A stretch of 64,000 nucleotides of DNA, from IMG/VR virus record IMGVR_UViG_3300043399_000877, positions 317,887-381,886 of that record, one strand, 5' to 3'. Position 1 is the stretch's first letter. Each line of letters starts with the position of its first letter. This document shows positions 62,697-64,000 of the stretch, piece by piece. The notes below the pieces were generated by a model, which saw only the letters and a program-made list of their open reading frames with translations, searched no databases and was not told the DNA's origin. A program made the translations under genes and the position numbers.

Positions 62697-62873
62697 TTAC
62701 TTGGATTTTTCGACAACGACGGTTTCAACCACTTTGCCAGTTTTGGGGTCTTGCATCAGCTTGTAGCTGTAGGCCACGTGGTCTTTTCTCAAAAAGAAAC
62801 GAACCATTCGACCTACAGCAAAGGCCATGATTAATGACAGCAATGTAGCAAGTGCAATGGAAAGAAGTTCCAT
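62697..62873 (-). CDS. Small membrane protein (58 aa)
   Basis: Manual translation MELLSIALATLLSLIMAFAVGRMVRFFLRK...; SD GAGG; promoter upstream. Confidence 0.6.
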   Translation of the reverse strand: MELLSIALATLLSLIMAFAVGRMVRFFLRKDHVAYSYKLMQDPKTGKVVETVVVEKSK

Positions 62874-62904
62874 TAGTGTGTCCTCTGTATTTGTTTATGT
62901 TGCT

Positions 62905-62932
62905 ATTATAGACTTTGTTACACGTAAGTCAA
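62905..62932 (-). promoter_or_regulatory. Sigma70-type promoter of the Clp operon
   Basis: TTGACT-N16-TATAAT. Confidence 0.7.
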
Positions 62933-62945
62933 TTGCTAATATGGT

Positions 62946-62968
62946 GAAAGGGCGCATTGCGCCCTTTC
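62946..62968. terminator. Intrinsic terminator hairpin
   Basis: gaaagggcgc-att-gcgccctttc. Confidence 0.75.
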
Positions 62969-62973
62969 TTTTC

Positions 62974-63150
62974 TTATGCGTATTCGCCTTCATCAATACA
63001 CGCAATGTCATCCATCAGCTGCCGGTGACGTTTTTCTGCTTCGATACGCTTGTTGCGTTCGTCGTTTAAACGCCAAACATTTGACATCCACTGTACATAC
63101 TCAAGATATTCGGGCGTGTGCATTTCTTCAGCTGTAAAGTACATTTTCAT
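62974..63150 (-). CDS. Small hypothetical protein (58 aa)
   Basis: Manual translation MKMYFTAEEMHTPEYLEY...; fills the gap between NAMPT and the terminator. Confidence 0.45.
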   Translation of the reverse strand: MKMYFTAEEMHTPEYLEYVQWMSNVWRLNDERNKRIEAEKRHRQLMDDIACIDEGEYA

Positions 63151-63152
63151 GA

Positions 63153-64000
63153 TTAGAACCTTTCCAGTTCACGAGCGACATATTCTTCCTCTTTGACGTC
63201 GGCTCTTGCACGAATATCAGCAAAAGTGTCTTCAACAAGGATTTCACCGTTGAGGTAAACAGTCCTGAGAATGTTACCCTTGCGTTCAGCCACTTCTTCC
63301 GGAACCGTGTGATAACCACAGCTTCCGACGCCACACTCATACACGAGACCCAAACGTCCTTCCTTGGATTGTTTTCCGTGGTCAGTAATTGGATCTTTGC
63401 TGAATCCAACCCACTTTCCGTTATTTACACGGATTGCGCTTGCCTTCATTGCATATTTCAGCGTGTCACGGTTCCAGGCCTGTAGCAGGCCCCCGCCCAT
63501 ACCGAACGCAATGTTTTCTGCACTAAACCCGGCCTCTCGGAGGTTTTCGAGAATAATCGGAAGAGTGTACTCGTTGATCCCGTCTCCTTGGATAACACGC
63601 ACACTCGGAGGAAGTACTTTGTATCCTTTGCTGTTCACAGTGTAGCCGAAACGCTCTGCGAGAATTTCGACAACTTCAATCGGAACCACAGTAGGATCAC
63701 CCGAGTCCGGACGTACCACCAAGGTGCCGCCCATAGCTTCAACTTTGTCTTTGAGTTTTCCACCCCAGAGATCACGAGTTGCTGCATAAATGTCGAAACT
63801 GTCCGACACACATGCAAGGATCTTTCCGGGTCCGCCGAAGGTGTTAAGCATATTTTCATATGCATCCACTTCAAGATCACGGCCCCAGCTAGTAATAGTG
63901 CTATGTTCCGAAGCCGGAATACTGAAGCCAACCACTTCATCAGTGTTGTAGTAGGCCATGACACCTTCGATGGCTTCAAACGTGTCGGTGCCCATGAAGT
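63153..64000 (-). CDS. nadV: Nicotinamide phosphoribosyltransferase (NAMPT), 5' part outside the window
   Basis: SIPASEHS, VSDSFD, VVRPDSGDP, IQGDG, FGMGGGLLQ, RDT and KDPITD motifs. Confidence 0.95.
   Translation of the reverse strand, partial: FMGTDTFEAIEGVMAYYNTDEVVGFSIPASEHSTITSWGRDLEVDAYENMLNTFGGPGKILACVSDSFDIYAATRDLWGGKLKDKVEAMGGTLVVRPDSGDPTVVPIEVVEILAERFGYTVNSKGYKVLPPSVRVIQGDGINEYTLPIILENLREAGFSAENIAFGMGGGLLQAWNRDTLKYAMKASAIRVNNGKWVGFSKDPITDHGKQSKEGRLGLVYECGVGSCGYHTVPEEVAERKGNILRTVYLNGEILVEDTFADIRARADVKEEEYVARELERF

Noticed and set aside
1-64000. CRISPR array, integrase, transposase, rRNA or intein
   Set aside because: No regularly spaced direct repeats or corresponding protein motifs were seen.

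Overview
This window is a 64-kb segment of a large, T4-like (jumbo) tailed phage genome, almost entirely encoded on the minus strand in standard code 11. The host is probably an alphaproteobacterium (inference from a tRNA-His lacking G-1 and from the kdsA, yccA, iscA and terC homologues). From left to right: (1) 0-12 kb, chaperone, nucleotide and replication genes (DnaJ, holin-like, PhoH, ThyA, DHFR, clamp loader, exonuclease, MazG-like, GroES, nuclease, DnaE fragment); (2) 12-19 kb, AT-rich baseplate/tail genes including a sialidase-fold tailspike; (3) 19-33 kb, UvsE, a glycosyltransferase, QueD with a structured 5' leader, DNA ligase and KdsA; (4) 33-36 kb, a tandem array of ten small paralogues, two of them fused to fragments of a T4 gp23-type major capsid protein (one is the Gol peptide); (5) 36-46 kb, 15 tRNAs, 2 aberrant tRNA-like genes and other structured RNAs mixed with translation-rescue genes; (6) 46-64 kb, an RNA-repair, ADP-ribose and NAD counter-defence region (two RNA ligases, phosphatases, ARH, HD hydrolase, NAMPT) and a ClpB-like operon. 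The top candidate for an undescribed system sits at the head of the tRNA cluster: promoter, 32-codon leader peptide, then mutually exclusive antiterminator and terminator hairpins. The first 22 leader codons are all read by anticodons in the downstream cluster and sample 13 of its 17 anticodons, suggesting an attenuator that turns on phage tRNAs when any matching host tRNA is depleted. All calls come from visual motif recognition; no database searches or folding programs were run.
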